In this document: one piece after another, positions 10,753 to 20,473 of the stretch
Layout of the letters: each line of letters begins with the position of its first letter
How positions within the stretch are numbered: position 1 is the stretch's first letter
Source: an uncultured Candidatus Entotheonella sp.
GTDB lineage: Bacteria > Tectomicrobia > Entotheonellia > Entotheonellales > Entotheonellaceae
Reading direction: 5' to 3'
DNA: 64,000 nucleotides
Assembly (NCBI GenBank): GCA_965217185.1
Contig: OZ244252.1
Span: 1,984,001 to 2,048,000, forward strand
Made by a program: the position numbers and the translations under genes
Notes under the pieces: generated by a model
What the model was told of the DNA's origin: nothing
What the model saw: the letters and a program-made list of their open reading frames with translations, nothing else
Database searches by the model: none

Positions 10753-11253
10753 TCACTCGAAGCCCCGGTGAAACGCAGCGCACACGTAGGCGAGAACGTC
10801 CCAGCGCTCGTCCTCACTGAGCAACGTTTTGAATGCCGGCATGAGCGATCCCGCTGACCTGAAGGGCTCCACCATTCCGCCCTCGCTGACGCGCCAGTAC
10901 AGATAGGCATCCCCCTCCCCGGGATGCAGGTGGAAGTGGTGCATGAGGTCGGCGGGCGGATGCGGCAGGGTCTTGGCAAAGGCGGTGGTGCCGAGGCCGT
11001 CGGCGCCGTGGCAGGCGGTGCAGTGAGTGTCGTACAGTGTCTTGCCCCGCGCAATGGCACCGTCGGCGCCCCAGCGGTGGCTGACCTTGTCGGCGTACGC
11101 CGCGGGCGGGGTTCGCCAGTTCTGGTGCTTGTGGGTGTCCTGGTGGCTCTGGTGTTCGTGGTGATGATCGTGCTGCCCCGCTGCCGGCAGGACGGCCGAC
11201 GTGGCGACCGACAACAGGACGGCAAGGCACAATCCGAAAACAACTCGCTGCAT
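10753..11253 (-). CDS. periplasmic c-type cytochrome with His-rich N-terminus
   Basis: Signal peptide, HDHHHEHQSH, CTACH heme motif, MPAF distal Met. Confidence 0.85.
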   Translation of the reverse strand: MQRVVFGLCLAVLLSVATSAVLPAAGQHDHHHEHQSHQDTHKHQNWRTPPAAYADKVSHRWGADGAIARGKTLYDTHCTACHGADGLGTTAFAKTLPHPPADLMHHFHLHPGEGDAYLYWRVSEGGMVEPFRSAGSLMPAFKTLLSEDERWDVLAYVCAAFHRGFE

Positions 11254-11263
11254 GAAGCGCTCC

Positions 11264-12376
11264 CTATCTCTTTTCCAATGGTAACTGACGGTGCGATTCG
11301 CCGGCAATGTAAGCCCGCAGGAGCGGCAGCACCGCCTGCCGCGCCCGTACGCATTCCTCGACGTGCGGAAAGCCGGACAGGATGAATTCGTCCACCCCCA
11401 GCTTCCAGTATTCATAGAGTTCCTCCGCCGCCTGCTGCGGGGTGCCGACGATAGCCGTGCCGCAATTCACGCGCACGGTGGCCAGGCCAGTCCACAGATG
11501 CCTTCCGAGCCGGTGCCGGTCCACAGTCGCGCCGGACGCCGCTTGTCCGCCAACCGCCACCGCCTGCCGCTGACGCAGCACCTCGGGATCGGCGTCGGCA
11601 ATCAGGCGACGCGCCGCGTCCCACGCTTCGTCCGCGTCATCGCGTACGATCAGATGCGTGCGCAGGCCAAACGCCGGCACGCGCCCGCACGTTTCGTAAG
11701 CCGCCCGCACCCGCTCAATACGCGCCGCGATTTGTTCCAACGGCTCGATCCACAACAGGTACACGTCCGCCTCGCGCGCCGCCAATGCCTCGGCGCGCGG
11801 CGACGCACCGCCCTGGTAAAAACGCGGTGTTCCGAACGGCGGCGGCACACAGCGGGCGCCGCGCAGGGTGAGATGGCGGCCGGCAAAATCGGTCACCTCC
11901 CCGGTCCACAGCGCCCGGCAGGCGCGCATCAACTCCTCGGCCTGCGCATAACGCCCGGCGTGGTCGCTGTCGACCCCGAGGCGCTCAAAATCGTGCCGGA
12001 TGCCGCCGGGCACGATGTTGATGTCCACCCTGCCGCGGCTGATTTGATCGAGCGTCGCCACCATCTTGGCCAGTAACCCGACGGCGATGAAGCCGGGCCG
12101 CACAGCGATGAGAAAGCGGATGCGAGTCGTCAGCGCCGCCAAGGCGGTCGCCGTGGTCCACGTTTCCATCAATGGCGCGCCTTCGTCGAACAGGCCGTTG
12201 ACGAACCGCGTCGGGATCAGCAGCCCGTGAAAGCCCTGCTCCTCCGCCGTCCGCACCACCCGCGTCAGATAGTCGAAATCCGGCGGTCGCTCAGCCCGCG
12301 CCGTGCCGAGCCGGACGCCGTCGCCGTCGATGGGAATGAACCAGTGGAACAGTGGTTGCGGACGCGCCGCCGTCAT
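11264..12376 (-). CDS. LLM-class flavin-dependent monooxygenase (SsuD-like)
   Basis: FHWFIPIDGD, FLIAVRPG, TLDQISRGR, GGASP and FILSGFPHVEE motifs. Confidence 0.88.
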   Translation of the reverse strand: MTAARPQPLFHWFIPIDGDGVRLGTARAERPPDFDYLTRVVRTAEEQGFHGLLIPTRFVNGLFDEGAPLMETWTTATALAALTTRIRFLIAVRPGFIAVGLLAKMVATLDQISRGRVDINIVPGGIRHDFERLGVDSDHAGRYAQAEELMRACRALWTGEVTDFAGRHLTLRGARCVPPPFGTPRFYQGGASPRAEALAAREADVYLLWIEPLEQIAARIERVRAAYETCGRVPAFGLRTHLIVRDDADEAWDAARRLIADADPEVLRQRQAVAVGGQAASGATVDRHRLGRHLWTGLATVRVNCGTAIVGTPQQAAEELYEYWKLGVDEFILSGFPHVEECVRARQAVLPLLRAYIAGESHRQLPLEKR

Positions 12377-12586
12377 GCCTGTATCTCCTCTCCACGCACC
12401 CCGCAGCCGCGCGGCGCCGTTTTGACTTGGCCGGTGGATTTCATTATAGTGCAACCCCTTGTGGGTCCTGTGTCAAGACAACGGCAGGGGCATGCGGCGC
12501 TTCGGTTTCCCTCGCCCCTTGCAAGCGGGTCGGCGCCCCAATGAGAGCGCGGCCCGAAGACGTGCAATCGCATGAGGAGAGGCACG

Positions 12587-13999
12587 ATGACGGCTTCTGA
12601 CGTTTATTACATGGACGCGCGCAGCGAGTCGCCCCAGACCGGTCTGGTGGCCAAGATGCTGACCGTATTCGAGGAAGCGGGGCTTGACGCGATGATCAAG
12701 CCGAACGACCTCGTGGCCATCAAAATTCACTGCGGCGAGTGGAACAACACCGCCTATCTGCGGCCCGTCTACCCACGCGCCCTGGCCGACCGTATCAAGG
12801 AGCTCGGCGGGCGGCCCTTCGTGTGCGACACCACCACCCTCACCTATTCGCCCTACGCCTCGCGGGCGACCGAGCTCGACATCATGATGACCGCCGAGCG
12901 CAACGGCTTCAGCTCCGCGGTGCTCGGCTGCCCGTTCATCTGCGCCGACGGCTTCATCGGCACCAGCGACTACCGCGTCGACGTGCCGACCGGCTACCTG
13001 CTCAAAGAAGCCTTCATCGCCCAAGCGATTGCCGCTGCCGACGTGCTGATCTGCCTCACCCACTTCAAGGGCCACCCGATGGGCGTCATCGGCGGCGCCA
13101 TCAAGAACCTCGGCATCGGCTGCCAATCGAAGCGCGGCAAGCACAACGTGCACCTCGGCGGCCATCCCAAGTACAGCGTCGCCAACTCCGCCATCTGGCA
13201 CCCGGAAAACTTCAAAGGCAAGGCCAACACGCCGGACTGGGACATCCTCGAAGAGTGCTGCCCCTACCACCTGTTCAAGGTCGAAGAGGACACGATTGAG
13301 TGGGACCGCGCCGCCTGCACCAGCTGCCTGGGCTGCCTCGGCATCATGGCGCCGCGCGGCTTGTTCGAGTTCCCGGAAGAGACGTTTGCCGCCACCGACG
13401 CCTCCATCGCCGATGGCGCCTTGGGCGCCGTGCTGGCGGTGGGCCGCGAGAAGTGCGGCTTCATCAACTTGGCCATCGACATCTCGCCGCGCTGCGACTG
13501 CGTGAACTTCTCCGACATGCCGGTGGTGCCGAACCTCGGTGTGTTTGCCAGCACGGACCCGGTGGCCATCGACATGGCTTGCCTGGACAAGGTGCGCGAG
13601 TCGCACGGCATGCCGGGCTCGATTGCGGACGATTTCGATTTGCTGGAAGCCGGTCAGAAGAAGTTCGAGACGGTGTCGGCCACGGTGCACGGCCTCAGTG
13701 AGGAAGCCCAGATCAACACGGGCACCCTGAACGGCCTCGGCAGCCGTGACTATAGCCTGATTGAGGCGGAACCGCAGCCGGCCAGCCGCCACCTGTTCGC
13801 GCTGGACAAGCGGCCCAGCGGCGTGCGCTTCGGCGCCAAGTTCATGAAGTTCTCGCCTTTCCCGTACGACCGCTACGACGGCCAGGGCTTCCTGCGCGAG
13901 CAGGAGGTAGACACGGAGTTCGTCAAGACTTGGCACGGTGGTAACGGTGGGGTGCCGGGCGCCTCGGGTACAGTCGAAGAGGCGGCAACGGGCGATTAG
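12587..13999 (+). CDS. DUF362-family iron-sulfur protein
   Basis: AIKIHCGE, THFKGH...GGAIKNLG, CxxCxxC ferredoxin-like segment, CDC and DPVAIDMAC motifs. Confidence 0.85.
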   Translation: MTASDVYYMDARSESPQTGLVAKMLTVFEEAGLDAMIKPNDLVAIKIHCGEWNNTAYLRPVYPRALADRIKELGGRPFVCDTTTLTYSPYASRATELDIMMTAERNGFSSAVLGCPFICADGFIGTSDYRVDVPTGYLLKEAFIAQAIAAADVLICLTHFKGHPMGVIGGAIKNLGIGCQSKRGKHNVHLGGHPKYSVANSAIWHPENFKGKANTPDWDILEECCPYHLFKVEEDTIEWDRAACTSCLGCLGIMAPRGLFEFPEETFAATDASIADGALGAVLAVGREKCGFINLAIDISPRCDCVNFSDMPVVPNLGVFASTDPVAIDMACLDKVRESHGMPGSIADDFDLLEAGQKKFETVSATVHGLSEEAQINTGTLNGLGSRDYSLIEAEPQPASRHLFALDKRPSGVRFGAKFMKFSPFPYDRYDGQGFLREQEVDTEFVKTWHGGNGGVPGASGTVEEAATGD

Positions 14000-14006
14000 C
14001 TTCTGC

Positions 14007-14053
14007 GGGCGCGGCGTGCGGGACGACCCAACCCGGGGTCGCACGCCGTGCCC
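14007..14053 (+). terminator. GC-rich hairpin downstream of the DUF362 gene (terminator or REP-like)
   Basis: GGGCGCGGCGTGCG ... CGCACGCCGTGCCC stem followed by TGTTT. Confidence 0.45.
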
Positions 14054-14079
14054 TGTTTGGTAGTTTTCACTTCAAATTC

Positions 14080-14330
14080 ACCCCCTCACCCCAACCCTCT
14101 CCCTCCAGGGGAGAGGGAGTAAGACCCAAGCCTCTTTCGTCGGGGAGAGAGCAGCAGCCCAACCCCTTCCCTCCATCGGCAGAGGGATCAACAATCCCTC
14201 ACCGGGACGGGGTGCCAATTTCTCCCTCATGGGGATGCTATGCTAGGGCGCAACACGGTTCCCCCCTTTGAAGGACAGGGCGCATACAATTCCCTCCCCC
14301 TTTGAGGGGGAGGGCTAGGGTGGGGGGAAG
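14080..14330. repeat. cluster of REP-like palindromes (CCCTCTCCC-n-GGGAGAGGG type)
   Basis: Well-preserved inverted end units at about 14081-14120 and 14289-14328 with several degenerate CCC...GGG hairpins between them. Confidence 0.7.
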
Positions 14331-14362
14331 GTTTTATGAGCCAGCTAATTCAGGAGGTCAAC

Positions 14363-14704
14363 ATGGCAGCAGTAACGAAGGGTTTGGAGAACCTGCAAGA
14401 GGCCATCGGCACGTGCGAGCAGTTGGGCGCCAGCTTGGCCGACGCCACGGATGCCGAGGCGGTGAAGGCAAAGAGCGTGGTGCAGGAATCGCTTACGGCG
14501 TTTCACGATGTCAGCGACAAATTTTTCCTCAAGACCATGATGAGCGTGCCGCCAACCAAGGCTTGCCGAGTGGAGACCGCGGCGGTGGCGTCCCTGGTGT
14601 CTGAGCAGAAGTGGGACAGCCTGCCGGGCGCCCTGGAGAAGTTGCAGAAGGTCACCAAGACGCTGGTAACCAAGGCCAAGATGGACGGGACGACGATTAC
14701 ATGA
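14363..14704 (+). CDS. hypothetical helical protein
   Basis: AGGAGG RBS, coding-like composition, ATGA overlap with the next gene. Confidence 0.7.
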   Translation: MAAVTKGLENLQEAIGTCEQLGASLADATDAEAVKAKSVVQESLTAFHDVSDKFFLKTMMSVPPTKACRVETAAVASLVSEQKWDSLPGALEKLQKVTKTLVTKAKMDGTTIT

Positions 14705-15588
14705 GCGGTCCGATCCTCATCACCGGAGGCGCCGGCAGCGTTGGTCGCAGCCTGGTGGCTTGTTGCCGCGCTGATGGCTATCCGGTGCGTGTCTTCGACC
14801 TGCCGGTGTGCGACTTTACGGGCCTGGAAGGCGAAACGGGCATCGAGGTCGTCAAGGGCAACATTACGAAGCCGGAGCACGTCGAAGCCGCCGTTCAGGG
14901 CGTCAGCGGCGTACTGCACCTGGCGGCACTTCTGCCGCCGGCGAGCGAGGCCGACCGGTCGCGAACGTTTGCCGTCAACGTCGACGGCACCGCCACCGTC
15001 ATCAACGCCATGCAGGCCGCCGCCAGCGACGCCGTGCTGGTGTTCAGTTCGTCGGTGAGCACCTACGGCGACACCACTGCCGAGGCGCCGCCGCTGGGGA
15101 TGGAGCATCCCCAAACGGCGCTGGACCTTTATGCCGAAAGCAAGATCGCCAGCGAGCGCTTGGTGCGGGAGTCCTCGTTGCCCGTCGTGGTGCTGCGCAT
15201 TGCCGGCATCGCCGTGCCGGTGCTCCAGGAACCCCCGGAGGTGTGGCCGTTCACCGGCGAGCAGCGCCTGGAAATGGTGCAGCGCGACGACGTGGTGACC
15301 GCACTGTACAAGGCCCTGACCTCCCCGGCGGCGCGCGGCAAAACCCTGAACATCGCCGGCGGTCCGACGTGGCAGACGACCGGGCGCCAATACGTCGCCG
15401 ATCTGTACGACATCATCGGCGTGCCGGTTGAGATGGCGGCGTTCCGCAGCCAAGACGAGCCCGGCTGGGTAGACTGGTACGATACCGAGTTGTCGCAGCA
15501 ACTGCTTGGCTATCAAGACCATTCGTACTCGGCCTACCTCGACACCCTACGCTCGGAAGTCGCCCGGCTGTTAGAGGACGACTGTTAG
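14701..15588 (+). CDS. NAD-dependent epimerase/dehydratase (extended SDR)
   Basis: ILITGGAGSVG, HLAA, FSSS and YAESK (YxxxK) motifs. Confidence 0.9.
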   Translation: MSGPILITGGAGSVGRSLVACCRADGYPVRVFDLPVCDFTGLEGETGIEVVKGNITKPEHVEAAVQGVSGVLHLAALLPPASEADRSRTFAVNVDGTATVINAMQAAASDAVLVFSSSVSTYGDTTAEAPPLGMEHPQTALDLYAESKIASERLVRESSLPVVVLRIAGIAVPVLQEPPEVWPFTGEQRLEMVQRDDVVTALYKALTSPAARGKTLNIAGGPTWQTTGRQYVADLYDIIGVPVEMAAFRSQDEPGWVDWYDTELSQQLLGYQDHSYSAYLDTLRSEVARLLEDDC

Positions 15589-15611
15589 AAAGCTTGAGAA
15601 GAGGCACGTTG

Positions 15612-17978
15612 ATGGCGATTTTATCACCCCCCTCCATCCCGCCCACTGCGGCTGACGCCGATACCATAGCCACCCTGGAAACCATCTCGCAGCGCGTCCT
15701 GTGGCTGTCGACGTACATGATCCACTACGCCAACAAGATTCGCCCCAACCCGGACGGCCTCAAGGTCGGCGGGCATCAGGCGAGCTGCGCATCGTCGGTC
15801 GACCTGATGACAGCGCTGTATTTCGGCGTCCTGCGCCCCGAGGACCACGTGGCGGTGAAGCCGCACGCCGCGCCGGTGCTGCATGCGATTCAATACCTGC
15901 TGGGCAACCTGCCGCGTCATATGCTGACCACCCTTCGCGACTTCGGCGGCCTGCAAGCCTACCCCAGCCGCACCAAGGATCCGGCCGGCGTGACTATTTC
16001 CACCGGCTCGGTCGGACTCGGCGCCGCGGCAACGATTTTCGGCGCCCTGACGCAGCGCTATGTGCGCGACCACTTCGGCAAAACCGACGGCCAGGGGCGC
16101 TACATCGCTCTGGTCGGCGACGCCGAGATCGACGAGGGCAACATCCCGGAAGCCATCGGCGAGGCCAGTGCCTACGGCCTGAACAACTTGTGGTGGATCA
16201 TCGACATCAACCGGCAGAGCCTCGACCACATCGCCCCCGAGGGCCAGGTAGTGCAGATCGCGCGGCTGTTCGAGGCCAAGGGCTGGGAGGTATTGTGGCT
16301 CAAGTACGGCAGCCATCAGCAGGCATTTTTCGAGCGTCCGGGTGGCGACGGGCTGCGACGGTGGATCGATTCGTGCAGCAACGCCGAGTACCAGACGCTG
16401 CTGAACGCCGACGGCTCGGAAATCCGCCGCGCCGTGGTCGAGTGGGGCGTGTCGGTCGGTGCCGACATGCGCAGCGTCCTGGCCGACGTGCCCGACGCGG
16501 CCCTCAAAGACCTGCTGATGAACCTCGGCGGGCACGACATCCCGCAGATTATCGAGACCTTCGCCGCCGCGGAGGCGACGGACCGCCCGGTGGTCATCAT
16601 GGCCTACACCATCAAGGGCTGGGGGCTACCGATTGCCGGGCACATCGACAACCACGCCGCCCAGTTGACGTCGGCGCACATCGCCGCCCTGCAGGAACAG
16701 TACGGCATCGCTGAGGGGCACGAGTGGGACGGCTACGAGGAGCCGGACCCCATTGCCGGCTGGATCAAACAGCGGCAGATATTCGGACGGAATGGCCGAG
16801 AACATGCTCCGGTGTCCCCGAGCCCGCCGCCGATTCCCGAAACGCTGAACATCCCCTTCCCCGAGAGCGCCGCCACGCAGGGAGCGTTCGGGCATATCCT
16901 GGTGGCGCTGAATGAATACGAGGACGTAGCGGCGCGGCTCGTCACCACCTCGCCCGACGTGGCGGTATCGACGAACCTGGCCAACTGGATCAACAAGCGC
17001 GGCATTTACGCGCCCGCCGAGAAGCCGAACTACTGGGCCAAGTACGACGTCACCAGCCTGCTGCGCTGGCAGGAAACCGCCTCCGGGCAGCACATCGAGC
17101 TCGGCATCGCGGAGAATAATTTCTACCTGGCCCTGACGATGCTAGGCCTGTCCTACGAATTCAACGGCGAGCTGTTGCTGCCCGTCGGCACTGTGTACGA
17201 CCCCTTCGTGGCGCGCGGCCTTGACGCTCTGACTTACGCGACCTACGTGGGGGCGAAGTTCCTCTTCGCGGGCACCCCCTCGGGGCTGAGCCTGAACCGC
17301 GAAGGCGGTGCGCACCAGTCGATCTACACACCGCTGGTGGGCATGGGCATGCCGGGACTGATTTACTACGAGCCGGCCTACGCCGCCGAGTTGGAGTGCA
17401 TGATGTGCTGGGGGCTGCGGCAATTGGCGGACCGCGACAACGGCCAGAGCCTTTACTTGCGGCTGTCGACCCGACCGATTACCCAGGCGGTTCGGCACTC
17501 GACCCCGGAATGGAGAAGGCAGGTCTTGGCCGGCGGCTACTGGCTGCGCGATTACCGCCAGGAGCGCGACTACACCGAACGCCCGCGCGTGCACCTGTTC
17601 GCGTCCGGCGTCATGTTGGAGGAGGCGTTGCAGGCCAGCAATCTGGCTTGCGAGGACGGTATTTACGTCAACGTCATCAACGTCACCAGCGCCGACCGCT
17701 TGTTCCGCGACCACTTCGAGGCCGCCGGTTCCGGGGCCGGTTCTTCCTACCTCGACGAGTTGCTCCCCACCGCCGACCGCCAAACCCCGGCGATTACCCT
17801 GCTCGACGGACATCCCCTGACGCTCGCCTGGCTCGGCACCGTCTTCAACGCCCCGCTCAAGCCCTTAGGCGTGGTGCAATTCGGCCAGACCGGCTCGGTG
17901 CAGGAGCTGTACCACCAGCACCGCATCGACACGGACGCTATTCTCACCGCGATTGTTCAGATTTTATTCGGCCAGTAA
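15612..17978 (+). CDS. TPP-dependent pyruvate dehydrogenase E1 (AceE)/transketolase-like protein
   Basis: KVGGHQAS, YPSRTKD, STGSVGLG, GDAEIDEG...NRQSLD TPP-binding motif, ELGIAENN and EGGAHQS. Confidence 0.88.
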   Translation: MAILSPPSIPPTAADADTIATLETISQRVLWLSTYMIHYANKIRPNPDGLKVGGHQASCASSVDLMTALYFGVLRPEDHVAVKPHAAPVLHAIQYLLGNLPRHMLTTLRDFGGLQAYPSRTKDPAGVTISTGSVGLGAAATIFGALTQRYVRDHFGKTDGQGRYIALVGDAEIDEGNIPEAIGEASAYGLNNLWWIIDINRQSLDHIAPEGQVVQIARLFEAKGWEVLWLKYGSHQQAFFERPGGDGLRRWIDSCSNAEYQTLLNADGSEIRRAVVEWGVSVGADMRSVLADVPDAALKDLLMNLGGHDIPQIIETFAAAEATDRPVVIMAYTIKGWGLPIAGHIDNHAAQLTSAHIAALQEQYGIAEGHEWDGYEEPDPIAGWIKQRQIFGRNGREHAPVSPSPPPIPETLNIPFPESAATQGAFGHILVALNEYEDVAARLVTTSPDVAVSTNLANWINKRGIYAPAEKPNYWAKYDVTSLLRWQETASGQHIELGIAENNFYLALTMLGLSYEFNGELLLPVGTVYDPFVARGLDALTYATYVGAKFLFAGTPSGLSLNREGGAHQSIYTPLVGMGMPGLIYYEPAYAAELECMMCWGLRQLADRDNGQSLYLRLSTRPITQAVRHSTPEWRRQVLAGGYWLRDYRQERDYTERPRVHLFASGVMLEEALQASNLACEDGIYVNVINVTSADRLFRDHFEAAGSGAGSSYLDELLPTADRQTPAITLLDGHPLTLAWLGTVFNAPLKPLGVVQFGQTGSVQELYHQHRIDTDAILTAIVQILFGQ

Positions 17979-18674
17979 ACGACACAACTCTTGGGTCGCC
18001 CCACACGGATCGGGCGCTGCCAGGACGGCGCGAATCATGGCGACGCCATGCGCCCCGGTTTGCCGCACCTGCAGCAAGTTGGCGGGCGTGATGCCGCCGA
18101 TGCCCAGCACGGGTATCGGAACCTCGCGCACCACCGCGGCCAGTTGCGGCAGGCCCTGCGGCGGGCCGTAGGCCAGTTTGGAGGGGGTGGCGAAGACGGG
18201 GCCGAAGACCACGAAGTCGGCGCCGTCCTCCGCGGCTTGGCGCGCCGCGTCGAGGCTGTGGGTGGAAACGCCAAGGAGCTTGTCGGGTCCCAGCACACGG
18301 CGGGCGGTTCGGGTGGGCAGAGAGTGACCGGCAAGGTGAACGCCGTCAGCGTTCAGGGCCAGGGCGACGTCGAGGCGGTCGTTGATCAGCAGCGGCACCC
18401 GGTGGGGGCTCAGCACTTCTTGCAGGCGCGCGCCCAGGTCGTAAAGCTCGCGGGCGCTGAGATCTTTTTCGCGCAACTGCACGGCCAAGCTCGCTTCGCT
18501 TGCGGGCGCTCGCTCCGTTCGCTGTGTCCCGCCGCGCGCCGCGGCGGCGATCACCTCCGCCAAGGGGCGACCGGCGGTTTGCTGCCGGTCGGTCACCACG
18601 TAGAGGCGAAAGCCGCAATCATTCCCCCTGCCTCTGGGAGGGGTCAGGGGAGGGCGTGGTGTTTCAGGTGCCAA
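17964..18674 (-). CDS. thiE: thiamine phosphate synthase (ThiE/TenI family)
   Basis: [32 protein letters not shown] and IGGI motifs; in an operon with thiG and thiS. Confidence 0.85.
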   Translation of the reverse strand: MAPETPRPPLTPPRGRGNDCGFRLYVVTDRQQTAGRPLAEVIAAAARGGTQRTERAPASEASLAVQLREKDLSARELYDLGARLQEVLSPHRVPLLINDRLDVALALNADGVHLAGHSLPTRTARRVLGPDKLLGVSTHSLDAARQAAEDGADFVVFGPVFATPSKLAYGPPQGLPQLAAVVREVPIPVLGIGGITPANLLQVRQTGAHGVAMIRAVLAAPDPCGATQELCRLLAE

Positions 18675-19443
18675 TGATGCCCTCCAGGGGGCTGCTGGCG
18701 GTGGCGTAGAGCTTGCGCTCGATGCGCCCGGCCTTGTAGGCCAGACGGCCGGAGTCCACCGCCATGCGCATGGCGTTCGCCATGGCCAGCGGGTCCTTGG
18801 CGCCGGCGATGCCGGTGTTCATCAGCACGCCGTCCACGCCGAGCTCCATGGCCACCGTGGCGTCAGAGGCCGTGCCGACGCCCGCGTCCACGATCACCGG
18901 CACCTGCACCGCCTCCAGGATCAGCCGGATGGTGTAGGGGTTGCAAATGCCCAAGCCGGAGCCGATCGGCGCACCGAGCGGCATGACGACGGCGGCGCCG
19001 GCGTCTTCGAGTTTCTTGGCCATTACCGGGTCGTCGTTGGTGTACGGCATGACGATGAAGCCTTCCTTGGCCAGCACGCGCGTCGCTTCCAGCAAATCCA
19101 CCACGTCCGGGAATAGGGTCTTCTGGTCGCCGATCACTTCCAGCTTGACGAAGTCCGACAGCCCCGCCTCACGCGCCAGCCGGGCGGTGAGAATGGCGGA
19201 CTCGGCGTCGTAGCACCCGGCGGTGTTGGGCAAAATGGTGAAGCGGTCGCGGTCGATATAATCCAGCAGCGTTTGTTTGCTGTCCGGCAGTTCCATACGC
19301 CGCAGCGCCACGGTCACCATATCCGCCCCGGAGGCCTCGTGGCACTGCTGCATCAGTTCCATGGTGGCATACTTGCCGGTGCCGACGATGAGCCGCGAAC
19401 CGAACGTTTTGCCGCCTATTTCCAGTAATTCGTCTTGTTGCAT
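18664..19443 (-). CDS. thiG: thiazole synthase
   Basis: [34 protein letters not shown] and VDAGVG motifs. Confidence 0.97.
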   Translation of the reverse strand: MQQDELLEIGGKTFGSRLIVGTGKYATMELMQQCHEASGADMVTVALRRMELPDSKQTLLDYIDRDRFTILPNTAGCYDAESAILTARLAREAGLSDFVKLEVIGDQKTLFPDVVDLLEATRVLAKEGFIVMPYTNDDPVMAKKLEDAGAAVVMPLGAPIGSGLGICNPYTIRLILEAVQVPVIVDAGVGTASDATVAMELGVDGVLMNTGIAGAKDPLAMANAMRMAVDSGRLAYKAGRIERKLYATASSPLEGIIGT

Positions 19444-19455
19444 AACCCCTGTCTC

Positions 19456-19665
19456 CTATCCGCCGCCGACAGCCTGCACGATCTCGACGCGGTCGCCCGC
19501 CTGCAAGACGGTGTCCGCGTGGGCCCGGCGCGGCACGACCGTCATGTTCACGGCCACCGCGGTTCCTTGCCGCTCGGCCACGCCCAATGCTTCGAGCAGG
19601 CTGCGCACGGTACTTGCCTCTGGAATGGTGCGCTTATCGCCGTTTACGAGTATGTCGATCATCAT
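19456..19665 (-). CDS. thiS: sulfur carrier protein
   Basis: IxVNG start, AVAVN, GDRVEIV and C-terminal VGGG. Confidence 0.95.
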   Translation of the reverse strand: MMIDILVNGDKRTIPEASTVRSLLEALGVAERQGTAVAVNMTVVPRRAHADTVLQAGDRVEIVQAVGGG

Positions 19666-19682
19666 GATTGGCCTGCACAAAC

Positions 19683-19714
19683 AAAAAAAGCCGCCACGCC
19701 AGGGCGTGCGGCTT
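19683..19714 (-). terminator. intrinsic terminator in the thiS leader (riboswitch expression platform)
   Basis: Minus strand AAGCCGCACGCC-CTG-GCGTGGCGGCTT followed by a T-run, between the TPP aptamer and thiS. Confidence 0.75.
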
Positions 19715-19777
19715 CAGCTTCCGTAAAGGACCCATTCTCTTGGCGCATCCGGCCTGCGGCCGTCGATGCGTGAATGG

Positions 19778-19876
19778 CGCTTCCCTACGCTGGCATTACC
19801 CAGGTCAGGTTCTGAGGGTTGTTACCAGGGACGTGAACCTCGTCCCAGTAACTCTCAGCGTCTCACACCCCTAGCG
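19778..19876 (-). ncRNA. TPP riboswitch
   Basis: Minus strand CTAGGGGTG...GCTGAGAG...AACCCT...AACCTGACCTGGGTAATGCCAGCGTAGGGAAG matches the THI-box consensus; upstream of thiSGE. Confidence 0.93.
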
Positions 19877-19954
19877 AATGGCCGTGACCTTAACAGAGGC
19901 AATAGGGTATTGCAAGGCTGAGACTCGGCACATCTTATGGCGTGGAAGGTCCAC

Positions 19955-20473
19955 CTACAAGTGTCCGATGGCGGCATGGGTGCTCAGGGACAAACCATCG
20001 TCACGAGCCGGGCGGACTGCGGATAATGTCTCACGTCGCCGGTGGTAATCACCCTTCCACGGATTGAAGACGGGGACATCCGCCATGCGAAAGTCAGTCT
20101 CGTTTCGGGTGCAGACAACGAGGGAATGCACACGCGCGGTGGCCGCAATGAAGAGATCAGGCTGACTGAACGTAATCGAATGTTCCCGGCCCCGCGCCGC
20201 CATCCGGCGCCACTCCAGGATGACGGCCTCATCCACGGGCAGGATGCGCCCGGTAAACCACGGTCGCAGCTGATGGTCGAGCCAACTCGTAAGCTCGTTG
20301 CGAAACGCGGCGTCAGGCTGCCTTTCGATGCCATACCGAATCTCGGCGAGGGTGATGCTGCTGAGAAATAGGCTGTCTGCGGCTTGCGCGTCCGACCACG
20401 CTTTGACGTAATGATCGGGCCTCTTTTTTCGGAGTTCGGAAACCACGTTGGTGTCGAGCAGCCAGCCTTTCAC
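19955..20473 (-). CDS. vapC: VapC PIN-domain toxin
   Basis: WLLDTNVVSE, ITLAEI, DLFIAATA, TRNETDF and NPW motifs; C-terminal extension past NPW. Confidence 0.9.
   Translation of the reverse strand: MKGWLLDTNVVSELRKKRPDHYVKAWSDAQAADSLFLSSITLAEIRYGIERQPDAAFRNELTSWLDHQLRPWFTGRILPVDEAVILEWRRMAARGREHSITFSQPDLFIAATARVHSLVVCTRNETDFRMADVPVFNPWKGDYHRRRETLSAVRPARDDGLSLSTHAAIGHL

Noticed and set aside
12473..14044. Long antisense ORFs (e.g. 12473-14044 -, 26304-27749 +, 28884-30413 +, 31393-33225 +, 54253-55986 +)
   Set aside because: They are shadows of well-supported genes on the opposite strand, expected in GC-rich DNA, and carry no recognisable motifs.
14080..14330. Possible CRISPR array
   Set aside because: The units are degenerate palindromes without identical repeats or regular unique spacers, and there are no cas genes.
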